From NCBI GenBank assembly GCA_049325535.1, contig JBMOKY010000001.1:621942-685941 (forward strand): a DNA stretch of 64,000 nucleotides. The letters run 5' to 3'. A program made the translations under genes and the position numbers. The DNA comes from Patescibacteria group bacterium. Its GTDB lineage: Bacteria; Patescibacteriota; Patescibacteriia; UBA10025; JAHIVO01. Numbering within the stretch: the stretch's first letter is position 1; the number at the start of each line of letters is the position of its first letter. Positions 8,262-17,871 of the stretch are shown one piece after another. The notes beneath the pieces were generated by a model. It was not told where the DNA came from. It saw only the letters and a program-made list of their open reading frames with translations, and made no database searches.

Positions 8262-9836
8262 TTATAAAACCGATAATCCATACTGAATCAGCTGCTTTGT
8301 TTCATCCCATCGTTGGCGGTCGGATCCGGCGCCCAGTACGACGGTCACGATCTCCGGCTCTCCCCGCGTCCGGCTCGTTTTGATGACATAGCAATACCCA
8401 GCCTCATCGAGATAGCCAGTTTTCATACCAGTAATGACATAGGGGCTTCCCTGCATGCCGGTGGAGGTATTTTTTATCGTGTGCGGCCTACCCGCGCTGA
8501 TAGTACTGAAGCTATACGTCCATGTCGAGGTCGCCTGCATGATGCGGAAATCTGCAAAAGCGCGCTTTGCCAGACGGGAAATGTCATAGACGGTCGAAGT
8601 ATTTGCCGGGTCCAGTCCAGTGACATCGACAAACCGTGTGTGCGTCAGTCCCCACGCCTTCGCTTTTGCATTCATGCGTGACACAAACTCCTCAGTTGAC
8701 AATCCAGTAGCGCGTGCCAGTGTTTTTGCAGCGTTATTTGCCGAACCAACGAGCATGGTATACCACAGGTCTTTGACCGTCAGTGTTTCACCAGGAAGGA
8801 TAGACAGCGACGATCCGATAGCGTTATCCTCACCTGCGTAGGCCACCACCCGGTCAAAGGGCGTATCGGTATCCAGAAATACTAGTGCGGTCATCAATTT
8901 GGTAATGCTGGCCAACGGACGGGACGTATCAAAATTTTTTGAATACAGTATCCGGTCGTCCGATGCCTGAATCGTGATGACTGCGGCCGATCCGATACGA
9001 GGTTCCGGGACTGATGCTTGGACCGTTTCGCTGCCAAGGACCGTTCCCCCATTATCCAATCGTGATACCTGCACACGCGCCGTGCCTTCATATCTATTCT
9101 CAATCTGTTCAAAAGCGGTCAGGCTCAAGTCAATCACCCGGCGCTCATTGAATGGTCGAAACGGACCGGTCGATACCACCTCGACATCAACGATCTTTCC
9201 ATTATCGACATTACGTACACGGAGTTTGGCGCCCATGGGAAAATCATTACTCGCGGCGCCATACGGATAACGGGTCGATCGATACCAGGACGCATACCCC
9301 TCAGTGCCGTTTTGATCCTCAAATACGGCCACTCGGGAAAAAGGCAGATGCGTAACGCCGTATACATACCCGGTATCATAATTTATAAATGACGGAAGCG
9401 GCACCCACTGCCGAGCCGGAGAACTCCAATAGAAAATTCGTTTCCGCCACAAATTACCTGAATCAAATTTGAGCGCCAGATGAAAAGGCTTATTCAGAAC
9501 GAGTGGACCTTCCAGCTGCTTGTCCTGACGCAGGATGTCATACAGATAATAATTGCTGACCCGTTTCATGCCATCCGGATCAGGATACCCGCTTTCATTG
9601 AACTGCTTCAGATCCAGATTGATCCGCTCATTGACTAAACCGGGTAAGATGCCGACGAGAAAATTCCCCCACTGGACGCCCGGGGCAGCGTCAAAACTGG
9701 CGGTATAGCCGCGCTGTATGGCCTCAGCGGTAAATCGCACCCGCATATCCGGAGTCAGCGCCTGTGCCGTGTGCCCTGCGACGAATAAGCCGCAGATAAC
9801 GATTGACAGACTAACTAAAAAACCGTATCTTTTCAT
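8262..9836 (-). CDS. Secreted RlpA-like DPBB domain fused to peptidase S11 (D-Ala-D-Ala carboxy/endopeptidase)
   Basis: Signal peptide; RlpA-like EGYASWY...GPF...RVIDLS; S11 motifs SITK (SxxK), SAN (SxN) and KTG. Confidence 0.85.
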   Translation of the reverse strand: MKRYGFLVSLSIVICGLFVAGHTAQALTPDMRVRFTAEAIQRGYTASFDAAPGVQWGNFLVGILPGLVNERINLDLKQFNESGYPDPDGMKRVSNYYLYDILRQDKQLEGPLVLNKPFHLALKFDSGNLWRKRIFYWSSPARQWVPLPSFINYDTGYVYGVTHLPFSRVAVFEDQNGTEGYASWYRSTRYPYGAASNDFPMGAKLRVRNVDNGKIVDVEVVSTGPFRPFNERRVIDLSLTAFEQIENRYEGTARVQVSRLDNGGTVLGSETVQASVPEPRIGSAAVITIQASDDRILYSKNFDTSRPLASITKLMTALVFLDTDTPFDRVVAYAGEDNAIGSSLSILPGETLTVKDLWYTMLVGSANNAAKTLARATGLSTEEFVSRMNAKAKAWGLTHTRFVDVTGLDPANTSTVYDISRLAKRAFADFRIMQATSTWTYSFSTISAGRPHTIKNTSTGMQGSPYVITGMKTGYLDEAGYCYVIKTSRTRGEPEIVTVVLGAGSDRQRWDETKQLIQYGLSVL

Positions 9837-9878
9837 ATTACTCAGAGTTAGCTATACTCATACGTACAACCCTTTCCT

Positions 9879-9949
9879 GCGGGTATCGTATAGCGGTAGT
9901 ACGCGACCTTCCCAAGGTTGAAGTACGGGTTCGACTCCCGTTACCCGCT
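9879..9949 (+). tRNA. tRNA-Gly(CCC)
   Basis: Acceptor GCGGGTA/TACCCGC, anticodon loop TTCCCAA, T-loop TTCGACT. Confidence 0.96.
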
Positions 9950-9972
9950 TGTCGGGCTTGATTCGACCGTAT

Positions 9973-10048
9973 GCCGGCGTAGCTCAGTTGGTAGAGCAAT
10001 GCTTTCGTAAAGCAGAGGTCGGAGGTTCGACTCCTCTCGCCGGCTCCA
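9973..10048 (+). tRNA. tRNA-Thr(CGT), CCA encoded
   Basis: Acceptor GCCGGCG/CGCCGGC, D-arm GCTC/GAGC, anticodon loop TTCGTAA, 3' TCCA. Confidence 0.96.
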
Positions 10049-10058
10049 GCCACCCACA

Positions 10059-11270
10059 TTACTGTTGGGCTTCGTTGGTATTGATCGTTTCGTCGGTGAC
10101 GTCGGAATTGGTGTCCGTTTCGGTAGTGTCGGGTGTGGTGGCGGTATTCTGGGCAGCAGCAACATCTAGTAATTCATTCTGATCGCATGTTTCTGTTTTT
10201 GCCAATACTAATCCGCAATCGTCTTTCCATTCTAAACCCTTGGGGAAAATGCTGATCGAAGCATCGGCCAGCTGCTGATTGGTCCAGGTATCGATATCGG
10301 ATGTTTTGATCAGGATGTGTGACGCCCGTACCTGCTCTGGGGCATCATCTGTCGCGGCAACACGCTCGGTGACGTTGATAATATGGTACCCGTACTGAGT
10401 TTTGACCAAACCGGACATCTCACCGGCCTGCAGGGCAAACGCCGCAGTCTCAAACTCCTCTACCATCTGCCCTTGGCTGAAATATCCCAAATCGCCACCC
10501 GTCGAAGCAGTGGTATCCTCGCTGTACTGTTTTGCCGCATCCTCAAAACTTAGAGTTCCTGAATTAATTTTTGCCAGCACCTCTTCAGCGAGTGTTTTCG
10601 CCTCAGCATTGATCGAATCATCGGTCGCGATTTTTTCCTGAAGCTTATTCCGCAAAATATACGGCTGTAGCACTTTCATCTTGAATTGATCGGGTGTCCA
10701 ATTGTACAGCCGGGTCAGCGTGTCCATCACCTCCTGCTCATTTGTGGCTTGAGCGACTACATTTTGATATTCATCATCCAATTCCTGGCTGCTCACCGTG
10801 ATCCCATATGCTGCTGCCTGATCAGCGGTGAATCGCTCACGAATCATGCGGGATAAAACGCTTTTTTGCAGAAAACCGTCGGTCGGTAACTGTACCACGC
10901 CGGGATTTTCATTTTGCTGAGCTTCATAGAAAAAATGCAGCGTGTCTATATCCTCCTGATAATCATGGTAAGAAATCGGCGTGTAATCATACATGGCCAC
11001 CGGAAGGTGAAGGCTGCTCACTACACCCCGGGTTACGGAATTGTCCCAACCAAATTTATACAGACCGAGAGTAAACACAATGATGATAACGAGGAGCAAT
11101 GCCACAATTGACCCAGCACCGATCCACATCATTCTGGTGGCCGAAGCCGCCGACGATTGCCGAGGTTGTGCTGTTGTAGATGATCCTGCAACTGCGCGCT
11201 CCGATGAGGCGGCTGCTGCTGACGAGGACTGATCGCCTTTTGGCGGAACTGACTTCATGTCTGGGGTCAT
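10059..11270 (-). CDS. Membrane-anchored PrsA/SurA-like parvulin peptidyl-prolyl isomerase
   Basis: TM anchor, SurA-N-like helical region, [11 protein letters not shown]...GGDLGYF...FETAAF...KTQYGYHII. Confidence 0.9.
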   Translation of the reverse strand: MTPDMKSVPPKGDQSSSAAAASSERAVAGSSTTAQPRQSSAASATRMMWIGAGSIVALLLVIIIVFTLGLYKFGWDNSVTRGVVSSLHLPVAMYDYTPISYHDYQEDIDTLHFFYEAQQNENPGVVQLPTDGFLQKSVLSRMIRERFTADQAAAYGITVSSQELDDEYQNVVAQATNEQEVMDTLTRLYNWTPDQFKMKVLQPYILRNKLQEKIATDDSINAEAKTLAEEVLAKINSGTLSFEDAAKQYSEDTTASTGGDLGYFSQGQMVEEFETAAFALQAGEMSGLVKTQYGYHIINVTERVAATDDAPEQVRASHILIKTSDIDTWTNQQLADASISIFPKGLEWKDDCGLVLAKTETCDQNELLDVAAAQNTATTPDTTETDTNSDVTDETINTNEAQQ

Positions 11271-11289
11271 ACGTTTAGATTACTTAACA

Positions 11290-11721
11290 TTAAGATGATA
11301 TTGTCGAAAAGAAATAATTCCACCACCGCTGGGGATTTGATACTGACGCCGCCCTGTCCGACTGAACGGGGGAGGCGGCCGCACTCTCACTCTCGCCGGC
11401 TTGTGTTTCTACTCCGAGGACGGTCACCACTGACTCTCCCTGCTTCTGCATGCCAAGTTTTTGCCGAGCCTGGGATTCGGTATACTCTGGGCTTTGGAAG
11501 TAAGAAATCAATGAATTCAACTGAATATTTGCATTTTCCAGATCATTAACCTGGGATTCGAGTGACGCTATCTCGCGCTCTATCTGATATTTACGCAGTA
11601 CTTCCTTACCCACTGCCACTCCGAGGATTATCAAAACGACCACCTCGGCGATGATCAGCGCCCGAGACTGTATCAGGCGGGAAAAAAATGATTTTTGCTT
11701 TTGCCGTACCGATTCTGTCAT
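11290..11721 (-). CDS. Septum formation initiator FtsB/DivIC family
   Basis: Single TM, coiled coil, EYTESQARQKLGMQKQGESV motif. Confidence 0.85.
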   Translation of the reverse strand: MTESVRQKQKSFFSRLIQSRALIIAEVVVLIILGVAVGKEVLRKYQIEREIASLESQVNDLENANIQLNSLISYFQSPEYTESQARQKLGMQKQGESVVTVLGVETQAGESESAAASPVQSDRAASVSNPQRWWNYFFSTISS

Positions 11722-11746
11722 GGTGTGTGTTACTCAAAACGTGCGT

Positions 11747-11777
11747 ATATCCTAACATATATTTAGGATATGGTCAA
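11747..11777 (-). promoter_or_regulatory. sigma70 promoter overlapped by a perfect 9-7-9 palindrome
   Basis: TTGACC-17-TAGGAT; ATATCCTAA-N7-TTAGGATAT at 11747-11771. Confidence 0.6.
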
Positions 11778-11791
11778 CGAACCGAGAAACC

Positions 11792-12166
11792 CTAAAAATA
11801 AAAAATGGTCATCCCCTGAACCATGACCGCAATGGTAAAAGCTGCCAACAGGACGATCTGCATCACCAGCAAGACATGGAACCTTGCCCGATACCCACGA
11901 ATCCCCAAATAGAAACTGGCGATAATCGCATAGGCAGTCACCATGCCGATCAAGACAGACCAGCTTGCTTCGTCAATCTGATCACCGATATATGAATGCC
12001 GGGAACCGGCCCTGATGATGACAGCCAGCATGATGACCCCAAAAAGGGTCGCGGCCCAGAGCGTTCCCAGCGTGAAATAAACACCAATTCTGAGCCAGAA
12101 TGATGGTTCCGATTGGACGGTTTGGTCTTCAAGCTCATTATTTGTTCTTTGAGAGAGTGAGGTCAT
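11792..12166 (-). CDS. Hypothetical 3-TM membrane protein
   Basis: Three hydrophobic segments; follows the ABC permease at an 10-bp gap. Confidence 0.7.
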   Translation of the reverse strand: MTSLSQRTNNELEDQTVQSEPSFWLRIGVYFTLGTLWAATLFGVIMLAVIIRAGSRHSYIGDQIDEASWSVLIGMVTAYAIIASFYLGIRGYRARFHVLLVMQIVLLAAFTIAVMVQGMTIFYF

Positions 12167-12176
12167 AGATGACGCG

Positions 12177-12980
12177 CTATATGGCGATGTCGCGTTTATT
12201 CCACCACCAGAGTCCGGCGGTTGTTGCCGCGATAATGACTACGCCAAATACGACGTACGTCGTCCACTCAATCGACCCATCGACCAGTGCCGCGCGCGAA
12301 TCAAAATAATGAAAAAAGGATGCCCACTTGATTACGGCAAACTGATCCCGAAGCAACGACACCAATTTAATCACATACATCCCGACGAGCATCGCGCCGC
12401 CAAACATAAGAGTTTTACTTCGCTCGGAAAAAAACGCCGAGAGCAGCATACTCAGGCTATAGACTGCCCATGAAAAAAGAAAGCCAGCCAGCACCAGCAT
12501 ACCATAATGAGAGGTCTGATATGATACGCCGTGCAAACCTGCCAGCGGAATCGCGGCCACAATGGAGCAGACATTAAAAAGCGCGACGGCCGCCAATCCA
12601 GCACCGTACTTCCCCAGAAACAAACGTGTGCGGGAGACCGGGCGGGACAGCAATAACTCAGCCGTACCTCGTTCTACTTCAGCTGACAGATTATGCCCGG
12701 CAAATGACACGCTCATAAAAAGCGCCAACATCGGCCAGACAATGCTGAAATGCTCGACCGCCAAAAATTTTTCGAGCGTATCAAAACTCAAATCCTCAAC
12801 GCCGAAAGCCTTCATGAAACCTTCAGGATAATTTTTTAATATCTCAGCAAATTCCGCTGCTTGCGCCTGGATCGATGGATACATCGCCACATACATCCAC
12901 ATGAATGCGACCCCCGCTAGACAATACACCAGAGTAGAAATTTTTCTGTCTTTAATTGTCTGCCACAAGACTGATCCCAT
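12177..12980 (-). CDS. ABC-2 type transporter permease
   Basis: 6 TM; EVERGTAELLLSRPVSRTRLFLGK; C-terminal KRDI. Confidence 0.9.
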   Translation of the reverse strand: MGSVLWQTIKDRKISTLVYCLAGVAFMWMYVAMYPSIQAQAAEFAEILKNYPEGFMKAFGVEDLSFDTLEKFLAVEHFSIVWPMLALFMSVSFAGHNLSAEVERGTAELLLSRPVSRTRLFLGKYGAGLAAVALFNVCSIVAAIPLAGLHGVSYQTSHYGMLVLAGFLFSWAVYSLSMLLSAFFSERSKTLMFGGAMLVGMYVIKLVSLLRDQFAVIKWASFFHYFDSRAALVDGSIEWTTYVVFGVVIIAATTAGLWWWNKRDIAI

Positions 12981-12982
12981 AG

Positions 12983-13855
12983 TTATTCGTAAAATTCCAA
13001 AAATATATCTTCAAGCGATGCATGTTCAATTTGCACATCACGAAGGGGAAACCGCTGAAGCAATGCTATCAGCGGATTGATGTCGCCCTTCAGCGTCAGT
13101 TCGATGCCATGGTCAAACTCTCGGGTTATATGAAATCCATTATACTGGAAAGCCTGGCGATCGAAGGGACCATTAAAAAAAGCGGTGACGGTGTACAGTC
13201 GCTTGCCTTTCAGACTGGCGATGCTCTCCGTCGTCACCATCGTGCCGCGTTTGATGACGCCCACCCGACTGCAGACACGCTCCACTTCAGCCAGATTATG
13301 TGACGACATAAATACGGTTGCTCCCCATGATGTAGATTCGGCAATCAGCTGGTACACCTCATTTTGCAGCAGCGGATCAAGCGCATTGGTCGGCTCATCC
13401 ATGATGAGCAGCTTGGGCCGGTGCATGAAAGCCAAAATAATACCGAGTTTCTGAACATTTCCCGATGATAATTGTTTTATTTTGATATCAGGATTGAAAT
13501 CAAACCGTTTCATCAGTTCATCGGCCATGTCGTTTTCCTGATGCATGAACGTACGCGCGAAATCAATATGCATTCGCCCGGTCCACCGCGAGTACAACCG
13601 TACCGAACCGGACAAATAGCCAATCTGTCCCTTGAGAGCCACCGAATCTTGGTGCGCGTCTTTCCCCAACATGGTGATACTACCGCCTGACGGACGGATA
13701 AAATCCATCAAACAGCGGATGGTGGTCGTTTTACCAGCACCGTTGGGCCCGAGAAAACCAAACACCTCTCCTTGTTCCACGCTGAAGGAGATGTCGTTCA
13801 CGGCCCATGTCGAGCCAAAATTTTTCCGCAAATGCGAGACCTGTACGACTGACAT
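12983..13855 (-). CDS. ABC transporter ATP-binding protein
   Basis: GFLGPNGAGKTT, DEPT, SSH; real start MSVVQV (13855) just after TGcTATACT. Confidence 0.92.
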   Translation of the reverse strand: MSVVQVSHLRKNFGSTWAVNDISFSVEQGEVFGFLGPNGAGKTTTIRCLMDFIRPSGGSITMLGKDAHQDSVALKGQIGYLSGSVRLYSRWTGRMHIDFARTFMHQENDMADELMKRFDFNPDIKIKQLSSGNVQKLGIILAFMHRPKLLIMDEPTNALDPLLQNEVYQLIAESTSWGATVFMSSHNLAEVERVCSRVGVIKRGTMVTTESIASLKGKRLYTVTAFFNGPFDRQAFQYNGFHITREFDHGIELTLKGDINPLIALLQRFPLRDVQIEHASLEDIFLEFYE

Positions 13856-13967
13856 AGTGCATAAAGTATAGCATTTTTGCTCAAATCTGACCATCACATA
13901 TCCTACATCAACCCCCATATAATAACTAGCAGTACTTCGCGGATATATGCTATACTTTTTCCAGAAT

Positions 13968-14492
13968 ATGACTCCCGAAACAACAGTTCCGCAACCAGCA
14001 CCAAAACCGACAGGAAAAAAGCTCCGCATCGGCTGGTTTTCATTTTCCTGCTGCGAAGATTCTACCGTCGTTTTTACCGAGCTGATGAATGACCGCTGGG
14101 AGCTATGGAAAAAAGTGCTGGACATCCGGCATGCCCGAGTGCTACAAACGCATAATGTACTTGACCAGCTGGATGTAGCCTTCATCGAGGGGGCACTCGC
14201 TTCGCAGGATCACGTCGACCGGGTCAAAGAAATCCGATCCAAATCCACGAAAGTTGTAGCCATCGGCGCCTGCGCCTGCGACGGCGTGCCGTCGGCTCAG
14301 CGAAACGATTTTGATGACGCACGACGCACCGAGATTCAACCGATTTTAGAACACTTTAATTATCTGGAAAAAGTGCAAAAACTATCGGATGTAATAACTG
14401 TCGACGTAAAAATTCCCGGATGCCCGATGAATGAAAAAACATTTCTCACCGCGCTTGATTCATTGCTCAAAGAATTTAACATCGTCACCTAA
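13968..14492 (+). CDS. Truncated NiFe hydrogenase small subunit (group 3b-related, proximal-cluster domain only)
   Basis: SCCEDS, AFIEG, VVAIGACACDG, IPGCP; about 174 aa with no medial/distal cluster domain; TAATG-coupled to the large subunit. Confidence 0.88.
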   Translation: MTPETTVPQPAPKPTGKKLRIGWFSFSCCEDSTVVFTELMNDRWELWKKVLDIRHARVLQTHNVLDQLDVAFIEGALASQDHVDRVKEIRSKSTKVVAIGACACDGVPSAQRNDFDDARRTEIQPILEHFNYLEKVQKLSDVITVDVKIPGCPMNEKTFLTALDSLLKEFNIVT

Positions 14493-15847
14493 TGCATCTC
14501 ATCGACCTCACCCTAAACAAAGAAATTACCAAAGTGGAAGGATCAGCCACGCTGGATGTGCGTATTACCGGGGGTAAGGTTGACCATTGCCGATTCGGTA
14601 TCTCCGAGTACAAACGTTTCTATACTCAGGCTATGCGCGGTAAACCATATCGCGCACTTCCGACGCTTCTTGCCCGTATTTGCGGCACCTGCTCAAATGC
14701 CCATCTCCTAGCCAGTATCGAGGCATGCGAAAAGGCGCTTGGTTTCAAACCATCGGATCAGACGCTGCTGATGAAGAAACTGACTATGTACGGCCTGAAC
14801 ATCCGTGATCACGCGCTGCACCTGTACCTCTTCGCCATGCCGGATATGTATGGCAAAGACTCATTCCTGGAGTTTGATGAAAATAAATCAGACGAGCACC
14901 AAATTCTCCATGACGCTTTTACGATCAAGGCGGCGGGCAACTATTTATCAATCATCATCGCTGGACGATCTGTCCACGCTATCAAACCCCAAATAGGTGG
15001 TTTTGCCGGTATCCCGACGGCCGAAGAAATTACTGAAGCAATACATAAATTAGAAATGGCGCGCCCCGCAGCACTGCGAACGATCGAACGATTCATGAAA
15101 TCGCCTGACCGATTCGACCGCCAGACAAAATTTATGGCTATGGTAGCGAACCCCTTTTCATACAATGAAGGGCACATCGTCAGCGACGACGGTGACTATA
15201 TCGAAGAAAAAGACTACCGGGAGCATCTCGAACACACCATTATCCCCTATTCTCACGCTTCAGGATACAAATTCAAAGGAAGGTCATTCATGGTTGGGGC
15301 GCTGGCTCGCATCAATTTGGCGAAAGACACGCTCCACCTGGCAACTCAAAAAAGTGCCGCGGCCGCACTGGAACTCTTCCCTTCTACAAATATTTTCCAC
15401 AATAACCTAGCCCAAGCAATCGAAATATTACATTGCATCGATCATACTATAGAAATACTTCATACGCATCGATTTGAACGCGAACCACTGGGACAGCCGG
15501 CCCTCGAACGCGGGACCGGCATCGGAGTCGTTGAGGCGCCACGCGGTACACTCTACCACAAAGTGACTATCGGGAGCGATGGTAATGTGGTTGAAGGTGA
15601 GATTGTCGTACCCACCGGTCAAAATCAAATCAATATCGAGCAGGATCTGGCCCGTCGCATCGAGGAGCTGATTCCGACTGACCCGGACGCGGACAAACTG
15701 CAACTGGAACTGGAAAAATTGATACGGGCATATGATCCGTGCATGAGTTGCGCCTCGCACTTTCTTAAAGTCCGTATTGGCGGAGCAACGGTACGAGCTG
15801 GGAAAAAGCTGTTTCAGGATCCAGCTGGGACGGTATCCCAAAAATAA
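14492..15847 (+). CDS. NiFe hydrogenase large subunit (group 3b-related)
   Basis: ITKVEG, L1 RICGTC, EAPRGTLYH, PTGQN, L2 DPCMSCASH plus a C-terminal extension. Confidence 0.94.
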   Translation: MHLIDLTLNKEITKVEGSATLDVRITGGKVDHCRFGISEYKRFYTQAMRGKPYRALPTLLARICGTCSNAHLLASIEACEKALGFKPSDQTLLMKKLTMYGLNIRDHALHLYLFAMPDMYGKDSFLEFDENKSDEHQILHDAFTIKAAGNYLSIIIAGRSVHAIKPQIGGFAGIPTAEEITEAIHKLEMARPAALRTIERFMKSPDRFDRQTKFMAMVANPFSYNEGHIVSDDGDYIEEKDYREHLEHTIIPYSHASGYKFKGRSFMVGALARINLAKDTLHLATQKSAAAALELFPSTNIFHNNLAQAIEILHCIDHTIEILHTHRFEREPLGQPALERGTGIGVVEAPRGTLYHKVTIGSDGNVVEGEIVVPTGQNQINIEQDLARRIEELIPTDPDADKLQLELEKLIRAYDPCMSCASHFLKVRIGGATVRAGKKLFQDPAGTVSQK

Positions 15848-16145
15848 ATAATTCACGAGGTAATTTCCCCAGCTTACGCATAAACTGAAGCTGGGTACCC
15901 AAATCAAAGTCATGCATGGTCACATGCGGGGCATTTTGAAATGCCTCCAGTGATGTAAATACACTGACGAGATCCACGCCCTGCACCGTATCTATGATGT
16001 ACAGCCGCTCCGGCATATCCCATTCATCCAGCGGATCTTGATGGATAAATAAGTGGTGCGGAAATACCTGGGCCAACCGCGGAAGCAGTCGAACCGGCAC
16101 CGCATCCTCAGACAAATCTGGATTACCAAAAACCCATACCTGCAT
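15765..16145 (-). CDS. Small hydrogenase maturation endopeptidase-like protein
   Basis: VFGNPDLSED, IIDTV and HDFDL echo the HycI/HybD motifs (GN...D, xDAV, H); adjacent to the hydrogenase. Confidence 0.7.
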   Translation of the reverse strand: MQVWVFGNPDLSEDAVPVRLLPRLAQVFPHHLFIHQDPLDEWDMPERLYIIDTVQGVDLVSVFTSLEAFQNAPHVTMHDFDLGTQLQFMRKLGKLPRELFIFGIPSQLDPETAFSQLVPLLRQYGL

Positions 16146-16148
16146 AGG

Positions 16149-16916
16149 TCAGAGCGTTTGATTGGCTAATTGCAAATGTTTTTGGGTGTAGTATTCAAGC
16201 CAGCGCACATTTGCCGGTGTAATGATCTCGCAGGGCATACCCCAATGCATGCTGATCATATCACCCACTGAAAGCTCTTCAAATGTGTGATCATCGTCGA
16301 GCCGCCGTACCACACTGACTGACTCAGTCGGCCCCAAATACAAACGGTGACCATCCACCATGAGCGGCTTGCGATCAACCGTAATTTTTGGCCCGGTAAT
16401 GGATGTCACCGAGCCCCAGCTGATGCGGCACGCGTCCATACTCTCGAGCGTATGTAATATCTCAAAATGTCCCGTGCGTTTATACACATTGAAGACGTGA
16501 AATGAATGGTGCATGCGGGCGCCACGGGGAAGTTTTTCAGTCAGCTCATCAAAACTTTTCGGCTGAATCTTTTTTTTCAAGCCAAGTACGTCGCGTAAAT
16601 GTGAGTAAAACGTATTGGGCGAGATAGTTTCCAGGAGCTGATTACCCAGCCAATACGCCTCCACGACACGTAGGTCAAACGGATCGGCGATGTGATTTGC
16701 TTTAGCGATGGTCTGCAAGTATGGATACAGTGTCCGAAACCCTCCCAGAATTGCATTGAGCCCGGCGTCGGTGGCATTTGCATCGATATATGATCCCAGC
16801 TCCCGCTGCATGTCAGGACCACACATCCTGAGCTTATTTGGTCCAAAGGCATACCGGGCGCACTTGCTGACGCCATCGACACTAGTTGTCAGCACCGACT
16901 GCATTGGATGGGACAT
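16149..16916 (-). CDS. DUF6390-like hydrogenase-associated protein
   Basis: RYAFGPNKLRMCGP, VVEAYWLGN, HHSFHVF, CRISWG, GDMISMHWG; start uncertain (16916 or 16904). Confidence 0.7.
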   Translation of the reverse strand: MSHPMQSVLTTSVDGVSKCARYAFGPNKLRMCGPDMQRELGSYIDANATDAGLNAILGGFRTLYPYLQTIAKANHIADPFDLRVVEAYWLGNQLLETISPNTFYSHLRDVLGLKKKIQPKSFDELTEKLPRGARMHHSFHVFNVYKRTGHFEILHTLESMDACRISWGSVTSITGPKITVDRKPLMVDGHRLYLGPTESVSVVRRLDDDHTFEELSVGDMISMHWGMPCEIITPANVRWLEYYTQKHLQLANQTL

Positions 16917-17805
16917 GTGAGTGGTTTCGACGTACTTCCCAGAGCAGGAGGAATACACCGAGCAGCATAGCCGCCGCGCTCGTCACCTGGGCGTGCGTCA
17001 TCGTATTATCCAAAAAAAGTTGCGAGAGTATATTGGTGATGAGGGAGGCAGGAACCAGCAGACTCGCTACCAGCGTGGCCGGTGCCCGCTTCAAGGCGCT
17101 GTACCAGGTGGTCACATATCCAAAAAGCAGAACCGCTGAAATAAGTGTCCAAATCCACTGCACGCCAGTGAGCCCTATCAGCATGTGGCCATCACCGCGC
17201 ACCAAAATATAGCCTAGCAATATGATGGAACCGATGACCATCCGAGCAGCAGCAACTGTCATGCTGCTCACCTGTAGCAACACTTTCTTTGCAATGATAT
17301 TTTCCGCCGCCCAAAATAGCGTCGCCCCCAGTATGAGCAATTCGCCAGTGCCCCATCGGAAACTATTGATTCCGCCCAGGGCAAAATTACCAAAAACGAG
17401 CAGCAAGAGAGCACTCGCCTGAAGAGCACCGATGCGTTCGCGCAGCATTGGTACAGCGAGCAATGCCACCCAAATAAATAGTGTCTTATGGATGAGGCTG
17501 GCGCTCAGGGCGCTGGTCATGGTGAGGCCAGTAAAAAACATGGCGAACGGAATGCTGCCGCCGACAATACCAATGGCTATGAGGAGAGCCCACTGCCGAC
17601 GGGACAGGTGCATGAGCTCCTTCATTTTTCGAAATAATACAATCGCACCCACCAAGAGCAGGCCAACTGCGGCATTTTTGAGAAATGTAAATACAACCGG
17701 ATCATTGGCAGCACTGACGCCCACTTTGGCGATGACATTTGAAACCCCGGAAATAATGGCTGTGCCGAGCGCCAGGATGACGGCAATACCGATTTTGTTA
17801 TTCAT
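16882..17805 (-). CDS. EamA/DMT family transporter
   Basis: About 10 TM in two repeats; LRERIG motif. Confidence 0.88.
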   Translation of the reverse strand: MNNKIGIAVILALGTAIISGVSNVIAKVGVSAANDPVVFTFLKNAAVGLLLVGAIVLFRKMKELMHLSRRQWALLIAIGIVGGSIPFAMFFTGLTMTSALSASLIHKTLFIWVALLAVPMLRERIGALQASALLLLVFGNFALGGINSFRWGTGELLILGATLFWAAENIIAKKVLLQVSSMTVAAARMVIGSIILLGYILVRGDGHMLIGLTGVQWIWTLISAVLLFGYVTTWYSALKRAPATLVASLLVPASLITNILSQLFLDNTMTHAQVTSAAAMLLGVFLLLWEVRRNHSHVPSNAVGADN

Positions 17806-17871
17806 GGTAAAAATTGTTTATAGGAATAGTGACTGTAGTATACGATGGACAGCGCCATCTGACAATTGCCG

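Noticed and set aside
13856-14185. N-terminal extension of the ABC ATPase ORF
   Set aside because: Overlaps the hydrogenase small subunit on the other strand; a -10 box precedes ATG 13855.
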